DNA of 64,000 nt from IMG/VR virus record IMGVR_UViG_3300044615_001997; one strand, given 5' to 3'. Position 1 is the stretch's first letter. Each line of letters opens with the position of its first letter. The notes beneath the pieces are model-generated. The model was not told where the DNA came from. It saw only the letters and a program-made list of their open reading frames with translations, and did not search any database. The position numbers were made by a program, and so were the translations under genes. Source of the DNA: a virus. Below are positions 26,107-39,100 of this stretch, in pieces.

Positions 26107-26575
26107 AGCTTTCCACCCATTCTAGCGGAGCATAAGATTTATCGTTTTTATAAACTTGCTCGTATTTAGTGGTAGCTTCCGCTATTCTTTTTTCTTCATA
26201 TATGGTTTTATCTGTGTGTGATGAAATGCTGCTGTTAGATGAACTACCATACTTCAAGTCGACTACAGCCTGAAAACCTACATAGGCCGCTATAACAACA
26301 GCCAAAACTTCTATAGTTTTAGAAAAAATGGTGACGTAACCTGTTGTTATCTCTGCATTTTCCGGTAAGAAAAAAAGTATCAACACACTGAAGGCATAAA
26401 AAAGAGCTATTATCAAAATAGCGGACATTGTTATAAAAAATTTTCTGGAACGAAAATGATTTTTATATTCCATCTCGTATATGTACTCTGCGGGAGTATT
26501 AGTTGGAGCTGTACCAGGACCACTTTTTAAAAACTTAGCGGCGTTAGTAAAAACATCTTTTATAGCTGAAATCAT
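26081..26575 (-). CDS. Putative holin (2 TM)
   Basis: FRSRKF followed by two TM helices; adjacent to the endolysin. Confidence 0.55.
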   Translation of the reverse strand: MISAIKDVFTNAAKFLKSGPGTAPTNTPAEYIYEMEYKNHFRSRKFFITMSAILIIALFYAFSVLILFFLPENAEITTGYVTIFSKTIEVLAVVIAAYVGFQAVVDLKYGSSSNSSISSHTDKTIYEEKRIAEATTKYEQVYKNDKSYAPLEWVESFDRDHETY

Positions 26576-27093
26576 GGTTGTTCTGGTTTAGAATATTTTT
26601 TCTCATACATTTGCTCTAAATCAGCACTATGTAAAATTTTTATATTGTCATCTATGCCTTTTAATTTAACAAATACTTCTTGGACTTGTTGAGCTATCTG
26701 TACTTGTCCTGAATGTTCTTTAGAGAAGAACCAAATAATCCCGCCGAGCTGAAATATAAAGGCAAAAACACCACTCAGCAGAAATTTGCCAATCATAGAT
26801 TTTAATTCTTTATAATTATGGGCGGTTTCACGTAAAAAAAGAAAATCTTCTTTTATTTTATTTACTGTTCCGGAAAGCTCATTTATAGCTGCCCTTAAAC
26901 CATTCTTACCATCAACACCTATAGCTATATGGAGGGTGTCGCGAGCCATATCTCGAGTATCTCTCAATTCAATCTCTAGAGTTTTAATTTTAACTCTAAG
27001 TTCTTCAATATGTACATTTTGTACATTTTCTTCACTATGAGAACCCTTGGAAATAATCATTGTTTCACTCCTGGTAGCTTCTATTTGTTCCAT
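26572..27093 (-). CDS. Coiled-coil membrane protein (holin/antiholin-like)
   Basis: Coiled coil, GVDGKNGL, one TM helix; first gene of the lysis unit. Confidence 0.5.
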   Translation of the reverse strand: MEQIEATRSETMIISKGSHSEENVQNVHIEELRVKIKTLEIELRDTRDMARDTLHIAIGVDGKNGLRAAINELSGTVNKIKEDFLFLRETAHNYKELKSMIGKFLLSGVFAFIFQLGGIIWFFSKEHSGQVQIAQQVQEVFVKLKGIDDNIKILHSADLEQMYEKKYSKPEQP

Positions 27094-27128
27094 CTATAAA
27101 TAATATAAAAAATAGAACAAAAAGTCAA
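27094..27128 (-). promoter_or_regulatory. Sigma70-type promoter, predicted leaderless
   Basis: TTGACT-17 nt-TATTAT-6 nt-ATG. Confidence 0.65.
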
Positions 27129-27135
27129 TTTAACC

Positions 27136-30100
27136 TCAATTAACTTTTATATTTATAAACGCCGAAGCATCGAAACGATTGTTTTCACAATAAACACAAA
27201 CTCTGTATGTTCCTGGGGCAGAAATTGTTCCTGAAATTTTTCCTGTGGTGGCATCAATACTTAGCCCAGCTGGAATGTTTAATATATACCACCCGGTAGG
27301 TACACCGACATAGGTGGGAGTAAACTCAAAAGGAGTACCAGCAGCGACTATTACAGTTTGTTCAGGATTAATTTTAAGTAAACTTGTAATGGCTGCCACA
27401 ATTATCTTTATTTTTTCACTACTAGCGCCATAACTGTTTTCAACTTTTATCTCACAATCTACCCCACCAGCAGAGGTAGCTTGCGTAGGTGTTCCGCTTA
27501 TTGTGCCTCTTAAAGTATTTAAAGTTAGCCCTTGAGGCAGTGGAGTCAACGCTGCCCATTGTGTGGGAGGAGTTCCTCCAGCAGATGAAAAAGCTATACT
27601 GTATGTTATAAAATTAGCTGTTGATAAATTTATAACTTGATTGGGGGTGATAACGGGTACTTTAGACAATATATTAATTTTTATACTAGCGCTTCCAGAA
27701 ATACCGCTTACGCCCGTAGCAGTAACTACGCCTGTATATTCTCCCGCTATTCCAGGAGTTCCTGAGATTACGCCGGTATTAGATATAGTTAATTGAAGAG
27801 AGGTAGGAAGATTTGTTAATTGCCATGAAATTGGATTTCCTTGTGTACGTACTGTAGCTGTAAACGGATCTAAAGCATAGCCATTAAAGCTTTGTCCGGG
27901 GCTTACAACTATAGCTGGCTCATCTACCGCTACAGTGATATTTTCTTCGTCACTTCCGTCTTGATTCCCTGCAAAAATACGAATGGTTCTACTACCGCTA
28001 TATACTGTAGGAGTACCAGATAGCGCACCAGTAGAACCATTTAATATTAAGCCTGCAGGTAATTCACCAGACACTATCCTCCACTCCGTCACATTTCCAG
28101 AAAATGTTATATTTCTAGAAAATGGTGAATTTAATGTAGCTCTGAATATTTGTCCTTGCGCAATATTAGGAGCATTAACACTTTCTGTAATTTGAAAATT
28201 AATTGTTGCAGGTGCGCTATCGCCAGCAGAATTTGAGGCTATTAATTGTGCAGATGTATTTCCTGCGGTTGTTGGAATCCCAGACAAGTAACCATTTCGT
28301 CCGTCTAGCGTTATCCCGGGATGTAGTAAGGTTTGTGCTGTGGCTAATCTCCAATTTATAGGTGTACCGCCGCTATTTAAAAATCCTATAGTGTAATTGA
28401 AATTAACTCCCTTTCTTCCGATAAATGTTTGATTTGGTGTTATAACCGGAATCAAGGTTGAGCTGGCTACGATAATAGTTATTTCAGCAGTATCACTACC
28501 TGACTCATTTTCTACTCTAATTATTGTTGTGAATGTTCCTGTGGCTGAGGGAATTCCAGATATGGTTCCTACTATCGCACTTAGCGAAGTCCCAGAAGGT
28601 AGAGAATTGTTCGGAATATTATCAACTAACCAATTTGTGATAGTACCTGTGGCTTCGAGTTGAAAGCTAAAGTGAGCTCCTCTGAACGCATTTATAGTTT
28701 GATTATTTATAACAGGCGGAATAACGGAAGACACAACATTTATGGCTAAAGTTGTAGTAGCACTTCCGGCAGAATTACTAGCTGTAACTGTAACAGTTTT
28801 ATTTTCTACTGCAGAAGGTCTTCCGGAAATTGTTCCTGAGTTAAAATTAACAGACAGTCCTTGCGGTAAATTAGAGGCTGCCCACGCTGTAGCTATTCCT
28901 CCAGAATTTACAAAGTTATAAGGAGTCATGTTGACGTTTCTAATCAATTGTATCGGGCTGAGATTTTGTTCTAATACTGGTAATTGCGTGGTTGGTGAAG
29001 TCACTGTGATGGAAACAGTTTCAGTATCTGTACCTGCCGAATTTCTTGCAGTTATTATAGCATTAAATACTCCTGCTGTTAGAGGTCTTCCTTGAAGTCT
29101 GCCTGTATTTCCGTCCATACTAACACCGCTTGGCAAATCTTGACTTGTTAGTGTAACCCCAGACCCAGTAAAAAGTATTGTTGCATTTGTTGTGATAGTT
29201 GTATTTAGTGTGAATGTAAAAGTTTGACCGGCCGTTATTTGTGGAATTGTGACAGGTTGAGTTATTATAAACTCCACAGCTCCGGTGCTACTACCTGCAC
29301 TATTGGAAGCTGTTATATTACTTGATGTGGTTGTGGCGGCAGCATTTAAAGTTCCTGATATTTGACCTGTGGTTGTAGCGATAGCTAATCCTTGAGGTAA
29401 CCCCGTAGCTGTCCAGCTTGTAGCCGTTCCACCAGTTGTTTGGACGAAGAGGTTGCTTACTTGCTGCCCTGTCACTAAATTAAACTTTTGTCCTGAGGGT
29501 ATTTCGGGTTTTATAACTCCCTGAGTAATCGTTATTGTGACATTGACTGTAGGGGAGCGCCCCTTACTGCTTTCGGCAAATATACCGACAATAAAAGTAC
29601 CTGCAGTTGTTGGTTTTCCTGTAAATCTACCTATAGATAACGAAAAAGTTAATCCTGGGGGTAGCTGTGTGGGTATAGGTAAACCCCAAGTGATAGGTGT
29701 GCCTCCTGTAAAAGCTACCGTAAACTCAGCATCATTAGATGCAGTTCCTGTAAATGTTTGATTAGGTGTTATTACAGGTATTTCCGCCGATACAACTAAA
29801 GCCACGAATGCGCTAGAAGTATTTCCAAAGTTAGTTAAAGTTACTCTTATGTTATAATTACCTGCAGGAGGTGTGGTTCCTGACAGTCTTGCTGGATTAA
29901 AAAATAGTTGTACTCCGGCTGGAGCAAACTCCAAAGTACCGCCGGTAGGTGTTCCACCGGTGGTGGCGATATTTCTACCAAAACTACCGGTCCCCTCCGT
30001 TAAATCAAAAATTTGGTTAGGTGTTATTGTTATTGGCTCATCTTTAATTATAAATTTAACTGGCACATTTCCAGTAGAGCCAGATAAATTTGATGCGCTG

Positions 30101-33100
30101 ACATTGTGGGATGTTTCTCCCGTTGTTGCTGGGGCTGTTCCTGTAAAAGTATAAGCTGCGGGATTAAAAACTATTCCCGAAGGTAAAGTTGAGAAAGATA
30201 TGCTTGTTGGTGTCTCGCCTAAAACATTAAGTTTGTCGGTTCCTGGTAGTGTTGTACTTTTAACAAAAGAAAAAGATTGATTGTCTGGGATAATTGGTCT
30301 TCCATCAGATACAATTATTGTAATTGAAGACGTATCTGTCCCTGTACCATTCGAAGCTATTAAGTCAAAATTATATACTCCACTAGTTGTGATTGTTCCA
30401 GATATAGTGAATCCGTTAGCGGATTGTACTACTGAAACTCCTTGAGGAAGATTCACACTAAATTCATAGTCATCTATTGCACCACCAGCATTAATCAAAT
30501 TAAATGTAAAAGGAGTATTTAAGTTAGCTCGAATTATAGCGTTGCTTAGGTTAGGTGCAGCTGTACCCCCACCACCACCATCATCATCTGAAAATACATC
30601 TATAGTTATTTCACATTCGTTAGATACTATATTTTGTAGTCTAGCTAAAACATTAAAAGAAAAAGAACCGGTTACTAATGGAGTACCTACAATTTCGCCT
30701 AACGGAGTAATAGAAAATGGTCCTGCGTTACCACTACTAATTTCCCATGTAGCTGGAATTTCGCCTTCCAAAGGAATGTCGACAGAAAACGGTAAATTGA
30801 CTTCTGCGGTTAAATCTAGAAAACTGGGTATCTCTATAAAGTTTAACCCTACGTTTATGGTGTATGTCTTGGTGGTAGAAAAAGCGGGAACTATTTCATG
30901 CTCGGCAGTTATAATGACCGTATATACTCCATTGGGTACATTAGTGATACCTGTAATTAATCCACCGGAAATTGTTCCTGTGTTCATGTCCATTGTAACA
31001 GCTGTGGTCATACTTAATCCTGCAGGTAAAGGACTATTTAATACCCAACGTGTAGGAACATCTTGAGTATAAGTTAATTGAACACTGGCGGACCTACCTC
31101 TAACAACATTAATTGTGATATCGGATAATTGTATTTTTCTAAATATTACTATCCAATTAGCTAAAGCAGAATACTCAAAATCTTCTCCAACTTGAGCCGT
31201 TAAATAAAATTGACCTTGTCCTTGTTCTGTAGCCAATCCTCTTATTATACCGGTAACAGGATCTTGAGTAATTCCAGTCGGCAATCTAAAGTTTCCTGAG
31301 TTTGCGGGAGGTACCCAACCAGTTAAAATGCTTGGATCGTTGACAGCTGCCATTAACCCAGGCATCCATCTACCCTGAGCTACAAAAGATTGATTCGGAA
31401 CGACATAAAAATCTTGAGTTCCTTCTACGACTGTAAACTCTTCCGACTTAGTCAAAACTATTCCGCTCGTGTTATATGCTGTAGCTGTAACATTATAGGT
31501 TCCTACTTGAGTAGGAGTACCTTGAATACTCGTATTGGTTGAATTAAAGACCAGTCCAGGTGGAAGATTTGCAAAAAGTAAACTTGTAATATTTCCACTT
31601 ATCGAGATAACTAGGGGAGTTATTGTTATAAATTTAGGAAAAACAGGATTTACCGGCATTGTAAAATCAATAGCATCTACTATTGTGATACGGAAAGTTT
31701 GTTCTACATAACTAGAATAAACATAAACTCTAATTACGACTTGGTGGATACCGGAAGATTCTGCTACACCCAGTATAACTGGTTGATCGCCGCTGGGGTC
31801 ATCCCAATAAAGTCCGCTGTCTTCCAATCCTGTCACTGAAATATCTGTCCAATTAAAATTACCAGAAATTAATATAGGTATAGGTGTTATGTCTGTACCT
31901 AAATTATAAGTTTTATTATCTATCTCTTCTACAGTTAAACCTAAAAGTATCTTAAAATAAAAACCATCACTAATGTAATCATCACCGTTCCACAAACGGA
32001 CGGTCACTCTGGCACCATAATAATCATTTTCAGTCATTTCTAAAAATGTTCCAGAGATTGTTCTTGTGGTTTCATTGTAAGTCAAGCCGTCCGGTAAATC
32101 AGCTAGATTTGGTATAGATACTTTTGTGCATGGGGTTGGTCCGGATGTTTCTAGAACAAGCGAAGACAAAGTAGTGCCTAAAAGATAAGTTAATGCAGAG
32201 TTGGTAACATCTAGTGTTATCTTGACTGTAACTGTTATGGTAAATGATACAGTTCTAACAAGTCCACTGAACGTAGTGACAGTTATTGTTACCGTTGTAC
32301 CGTTCCATGGATTGACTTCTGTTGGTGTTCCTTCTATATATTGCCGATCTCCCTCATTAACTAAATCTAATCCTGGCGGTAAAGTATCAGCGGTTATTGT
32401 ATCTACTTGTGTTGCTTCTCCGATATATCGGAACACTATAGGAGTCATGGGAGCACCTTTAGCTAAAGTCGTGTTTTGAGGTGTTATTACTTGGAAAAAT
32501 TCTACGATTGTGAGACTGAATGTTTCTGATAACGCAATTCCTCCAGGCGCAGTAAAAGTTATGGTGGGATTGAAGTTACCAAAAACAGTAGAAGAACCTG
32601 ATATTTGCCTAGTGCTTGCATTATATGTAAAAGTTCCTGCAGGGAAACCAGATAAACTCGCTGTTAGTGTTAAATTTAAATTAGTTAGCACCAGTGGTAC
32701 AGCTATTGAAAATTGTTGATTTTGATTAGCTGTGACTGGTGAAATTTCACCTATTGAAAATCCTGGATCTACGAATAGTTCAAATGCCCTAGATATTTCT
32801 TGACCATCTAGGTCGACTGCCACTAGAGTAATTTCGAAATTGCCGGGAGCTGTAGGTGTGCCATATATTCTTAAAGATGTGGGATTTCCACATTCACCTG
32901 TAATACCTTCCCAATCCATCCCGTTGGGCAGGTCATAAGCATATAACTCTAATCCCCAATCGCAAACCTCTCCCTCCATATCTGCATAAATTTCTATAAA
33001 CTCTCCTAAAGAATATTCGAAACTTCCTAATTGTGGAGCATCTATATTTAAAGTAAAATTTAAATTTAACTCTAATGTTCCAGAATTGCTTGTTGTTGGT

Positions 33101-36100
33101 GTTCCTTTTTGGGCTCCTCTGATATCTGGGTTAGACGTTTGTGTAATATAGTTATAATTTTTATACCCAATTCTTAATTGTGGGACGGTGCCTACAAAAG
33201 CGTTGTCGGCATGGCCAACTATTTTACCTGTGATATCGCCGGTTCTTATAAATCTAAAATCGTCGTAATATCGACCACTAGAATCATGCCCAATTATATG
33301 GAGATGTGTAGTATTAGCTAAAATTACAGGAAAATTAAATAAATTTGCTTTGGGGTATGTCCTAACTATACTTGTTACGGCTGTTGGGCTTGCAGGAACG
33401 GATTGATTGCCTACCCATAACCCATCAGCTATTGCCGAAGGAGGAGGAGTGAAATTTGTTTGATATAACGACGTCCCTTTCGATATAAAAAGATCTCTAA
33501 CATAGCCCGAAAATGGAAATCCATCAAAAGCTCCTATAGTTAAATTTTTATTAGTTGCACCACTTAAATCAAGGTAATTTGAGTTATCGTTGACGTTTGC
33601 TACAATACCCGATCCACTAACTAAGATATTTCTCTGCTGACCATTTACGAAAGCCCTGAATATGCCATTAGTTCTAGTAAAAGCTATATGCACCCATTGA
33701 TTTAGGGGCAGTGTATCTTGCACCTGAAGCTCTCCTAATAAATAACTTCCAAATTTAATAGTCCCAGGGTATCCTCCTAATTCGACCCCCCAGCCTTGTG
33801 TTAATTGGGCACTTAAAAATCTAGCATATGTAGCATATTGCGTAGCATATGCCCAAAATGAAACAGTGAAATTGTCGGTGCCAAAAGAAAGTATATTTTT
33901 TTGATTTGATAAAACCAAGTGTTTTACAAAGCCATTGTTAAAATGCACACCGTTCCAACCGCCTACAGTGCCAATAGCGAGATTTGGTTGAGGATCGCTA
34001 TAAAAAGGTGTGCTAGTTGTTTGAGTGAGAGACATTCCTCCAAAAGTAAAAGTAGATACTCCCACAGCTTCGTTAAATGGAAAATATATTGTATTTTGGG
34101 GTAGAGAGCCTCCGGTTCCACTAGAGCCGTCGATTAAAATAAAAGGATTAAAATAAGTAGTAATGCCTGTATACCCTGGAGGCGCATCAACTAGCTTAAA
34201 GTTAAATCTTGTTTTCTTAAAATCAGAAGTGTATGTTGAAATAGTTGTTATAGCTTGAGCTAAAACATCAGATTGTTGATATTGTTGAGGAGAATCGCCA
34301 TCCAGAGGGTCTACAACAAATCTCCAATTTTCATCAAATGGGTCTCCGGTTGGATAAAAATATCTAGTTATAGGTGCAGTACTGAAAACTTCGTTTCTAT
34401 TGTGTAATAAGAAGCTTCCTTTGAGGGGTCCGGCGAAAGCCGGAGTCAGCATATCGGCGGTGTATCCACTAGATTGTTGTGTTCCTGGTTTTGTCCAAAT
34501 AGATTCACCTTTAGTAATTTGAATATCGCTTACCTTAGCTTTCAAATCATCACATACAGAGATATCTAGTGGTGCACTATAAATACCACTCAAACTGCTA
34601 TGCGTTAAATCGCCGGTGTATGGTTTTACGCCGTTTATATAAACGTTAAAATGCCCTGTAGAAGTTCTTGCAAAGGCTACATGAGTCCATTTTTTATCAA
34701 CATTTGACGTAAAATAAGGCTCATCAAATATAGTCACGCTAGCATTCCAGTCACCTACCACCCAACCTTGGTCGATCATTACTCTGAGGGTTAGAGTTCC
34801 TGGATAATTTAACTTCAGTTCAATAGTGTAATGGTTAATAGTACCATCACCTTGGTCTACATGAAATAATTGTCCTCCCCAAGGACTAACAGAGCTATCG
34901 ATATAAAACCAAGCTTCAAAGCTAAATGGTTGGTTATAAAAAATATCAGAAATATAGTATTCTCTGTTAGGTATATCTATTGAAGTATTTGAAGCAGTGC
35001 CATTTATGGTGAGCTTGTGCTGCTGAAGTAATAACCCCTTTTTAAATTTACCGGTTGTATGTACAGGGCTGTCTTGAGTTGAAGAAAAAACTATATTTTT
35101 TGGAAAAGCTGTGCTGTCATATATCAAAAATTTGTCACCATTAAAATTTTTATTTTTAAAATAATTGGCTGAAATGCTACTAATTGTGTTTTTACCTCCA
35201 GGAATATATTTTAAAATTTGTGGACCTCTCTCATTTGTAAAAATAAAAACCTCGTAATCATTAATTGGTACTGGAGACAATCCACAAAATCCTTTTGTCG
35301 GTGTGTTTGGATATGCAGCATTAAAACTCGAATCAACCCCCGAGAGTGGAAGATCTCTCACGTGGGTTATCGGTAAAACACTGCTGGGATTAATGTATGT
35401 TCTACGCTGATAAATATTTGCTGTGCCTCTCACTATCTGTATTGTGATTACTGTGTCACTATTTAATCCCAGTATTGCGCCACCTATAGGTGTGTTAACG
35501 GCACGCTGCGACTGCATTTTAGTCCAGCTAGCTCCGTTATTTAGAGATACAAAATAATTAAGTGTAGCTGTGGCAAAATTTTGAGGCCATGGAGCTATTT
35601 GAAACGCAAGCAATTCTTGTCCAAATGAAATCATTTGCGTAGGACTAATGACAGTATTATCTGACGCTTGAAATGCCAACATATGCCAGTCAGCAGTGCT
35701 CCAAATATTTGTAGTTCTTTTAGGAGTTCCGCCCTGATTATAAAAAATATAGTGCCCGTTATGATACACTACATCATAATAGGGTTGTTGTGCCTGGGGC
35801 GATGTAGTTCCTGATGGATAACTATGTATTTCAGTCCAGGTACTTCCATCGGTAGATGCGTGACAAACATAAGATCCTACAGGATAACTACCCGGACCTT
35901 TAAGTAAAAACCAAATATTATTTACAAACTTTATATTTTTAAATTCGTGTGGTTGAGAGTTTAAATTTGCAATTCTAGTCCAAGAATCTCCGTTATTTGT
36001 AGATATATAATTAAAACCTGGAACACTTGTAGTTAAAATCCACTTACCTTGACCAAAAGCTATGTTGTTTATAAAAGCTCCGGTAGGTAAATCGTTTCCC

Positions 36101-39100
36101 GTAGAAACAAAGTTTTTATTTTGAAAATTTGAAAAATTTGAAGTTGTATAAATAATTGGAACATCATTACCCATCCATCTAACAAACATAAATAAATTAT
36201 TTCCATACGTCATGGAATAATACGAAGCTGAACCTCCTGCAATCGAAACCGCTCTCCACTTCCCACCATTGTTGTCAGAGACATAAGCAAAACCCGACAG
36301 TCCCTTTTCAATATAGGCTATAGTGCTAGTTCCGTTAGAAGCCATATTTATCTCACCGCTATATACCCAAGGTCCATTTATGGACTTCATGATATTAGCT
36401 ACGGAAGTTGTGAATTCTGTCGAAAGAATTGAAATATTTTCACTTAAGGGTTCGTTAGCTAAAATAGTTAATATGTATTTTTCTGCAGGTGGCGCGAGAG
36501 TAGTGTCTTCTTTTTTTGTAACTGTTAAACTTAGCGGTCGATAATAAGGTGAAGAGCTGTCGGCTGGGTTTTTTCTAGGAAGAGTACACTTAATTTCAAC
36601 GTCAGTATCGCCTATATTTGGACCGAATATGCTGAAGTTTTTGCTGTCATTGAGGAAGCTTTTATTTTCGAATAATATAAAATAAGTTCCTCCGAAAGAA
36701 TTTAAATGAGTATAGTAACTTGGGTTTGCGGTTTGAAACAGGGGAGTTAAATGATGCCAATATTCGTAATTATTATTTAAATAATTAACTTCTTTTTGTT
36801 CTGCTAGTAATTCATATATATATCTCGGATTTGTAGAACTAAACCCTCCAAAAAACCATCTAAAATCTGAAGTATTTTCGCCAAAAGTGAAATTAAATCC
36901 TGAAAAAGCATGACTGCTTCGTTTAAATGAGGAACAGCTTGTAAAAATATTAAAAGGGCGTGAGTGAGGCTCTATTGTTGTAACAGTTGAAATTATATTA
37001 GTTGCGTTGGTTGAAAGGCTGTAAACAGTTTCAACTGCGCCCGAAGCCGTATAATAAACGGTTGTTGGATTATTTGGATTAATATTCCCTAAACTATAAC
37101 CATTAAAAGTTGTTATTGTTTTTATTGAGCTATTACTTAAATCGCTATTGAAATCTCCGGATATTGCTAGTGAATATAAATTAGACTGTAACAGGTTTGG
37201 CGTACTGAAATCAATTTGGTCAGATCTTTTGACTCTTATATACACATGAGACCCGCTAGCTGCCCATTCATAGTCTTGAGGATCATCTATCGATAATACA
37301 GAGCTATTTATTCCGAGTACACCGCTAGCGTTTCGACCAAAAGCAGAATAAACTTTTTGCTCTAATCTATTTGTACTTGGGTCATACAAATACAATTTAC
37401 CTCTAGCATTAATTAAAAATCTACCTGTAGATGGTATATATAAAACAGCTTTATCTGTTAAAATTTCCTCTGTAAATGGCAGCGCCGGTCCTTGCGATAA
37501 ATTAAAAGAAGATCTAGAAAAAAAGCTGAGAATTCCACTAGTTGTTTGTCCTGAAGGTAAATCGATATGGTAACGCGCTCTATAGGGACGACTTTCTGCA
37601 ATAGTATTTAATTGCCCATATATTTCTCCTGTTTCAGAGTTAATGCCTAGATTTTCAAAATAATATGAATAATCGTCTTCTTCATCTACGATATCGTCTG
37701 AAAAATAAAAGTTTATCCCGGGCTGATCGTAGTTTTTAATAATTTTTGGAAAAACTGCAAAATGTTGAAAAGCATTTACATAAATATTATAATTTTGTAT
37801 CTCAGGAACTAAATATGGCGGTTGTTGTGTTGTGGGTAACGAAAAACTACCATTTGTACCCGTCATGTTATAAACTTGAGGATTTTTTGTTAATCTAAAA
37901 TCGTCTACTAGCCCTAAAAATTTGCTGTCTATCAGATTTCCACCTACATTAAAATTACTGGAAGGTGTCAATATTTGAGTAAGTCTCCATGTTGCCGTAG
38001 GTATCCCATTGTGATAAGCAGTGTAATATTCTCCAGCTTTTACTAAAGCAAAGTGATTCCAGCTATTATACTCCGCTGAGCCAATAGCTTGACCATTTAC
38101 ACCAGTCGTATAATCATTATTATTTCCTATATAAACTCCAACTAGATAGCCTTGAATTTTATTTAATGGGTCGTCATAAAGGTCGCTACTGGTCGTTGTT
38201 GCCCCGGCAAAAAATGGGCGGCTCGTAATTTTAATCGATCCTCCCAGATCAATCATGGCTTGTTCCCACGCTGTAACCGGAGGAGACCAGTTAAAATCTT
38301 GTAGCAGTGACGGAGAAAAACAGTTATACCAAAACTCTAAAGTAAAATCAGAATTTAGATTTTGATTTGATGCTGCGTTGTATGGCCAAGTGACTACACC
38401 GTTATCATTTAAACATAATAAAGCACCTTTACCAAATTTAGTTACTTCGTTAGAAAATAAAACAGGAAAATTTGTAAATAATTTTCTATTATATCTATTA
38501 TGTCTACTAGAATCTAATATAGCTGGATTAGGTCCCCAACCACCAACCATTCTAGGAGTGATAAATTTAAAACACACAGCTGAAACATCTGCCGCTGTTG
38601 TTGTTGTTGTGGATGATGTATTATTAAAAATTGGAGATGAGCCTGGACGAATTCCTTCATTTGTTTCCCAGGAGTTTGTACCTACTTGAATAATATTTTG
38701 ATAATCTGTGGCAATTAAATTTCCTTGAGAAGTTGTGCCGCCGATATTTTTTTTCCAAATATACCTAAAATTAGGATAAACTAAGCCATTACTTTCTGCC
38801 GTTACCAAAAAATATGTATCTGCTGCGGGTGTAGTAGGAAGCCTATTTAAATGCGACGAAAAATTGTTAAAAGCTGAGTATCGGTTAGCTGTAATTCCAA
38901 AACTTAAACGGTAATCATATACATCTACATATTCCCTACTGTCTGAGGCATCTCCGCATAACCTCAGTACTTTTGTATTATCTCCCGGAGTCCAACCGCC
39001 CATAGTCCAATTGTTTATTTGTTGTTTAAAATTTCCATCTATATGTAGATATGCTACTTGATTAGTCGTGCCTATGCCAAAAGGTATGGTTAAAGCAATA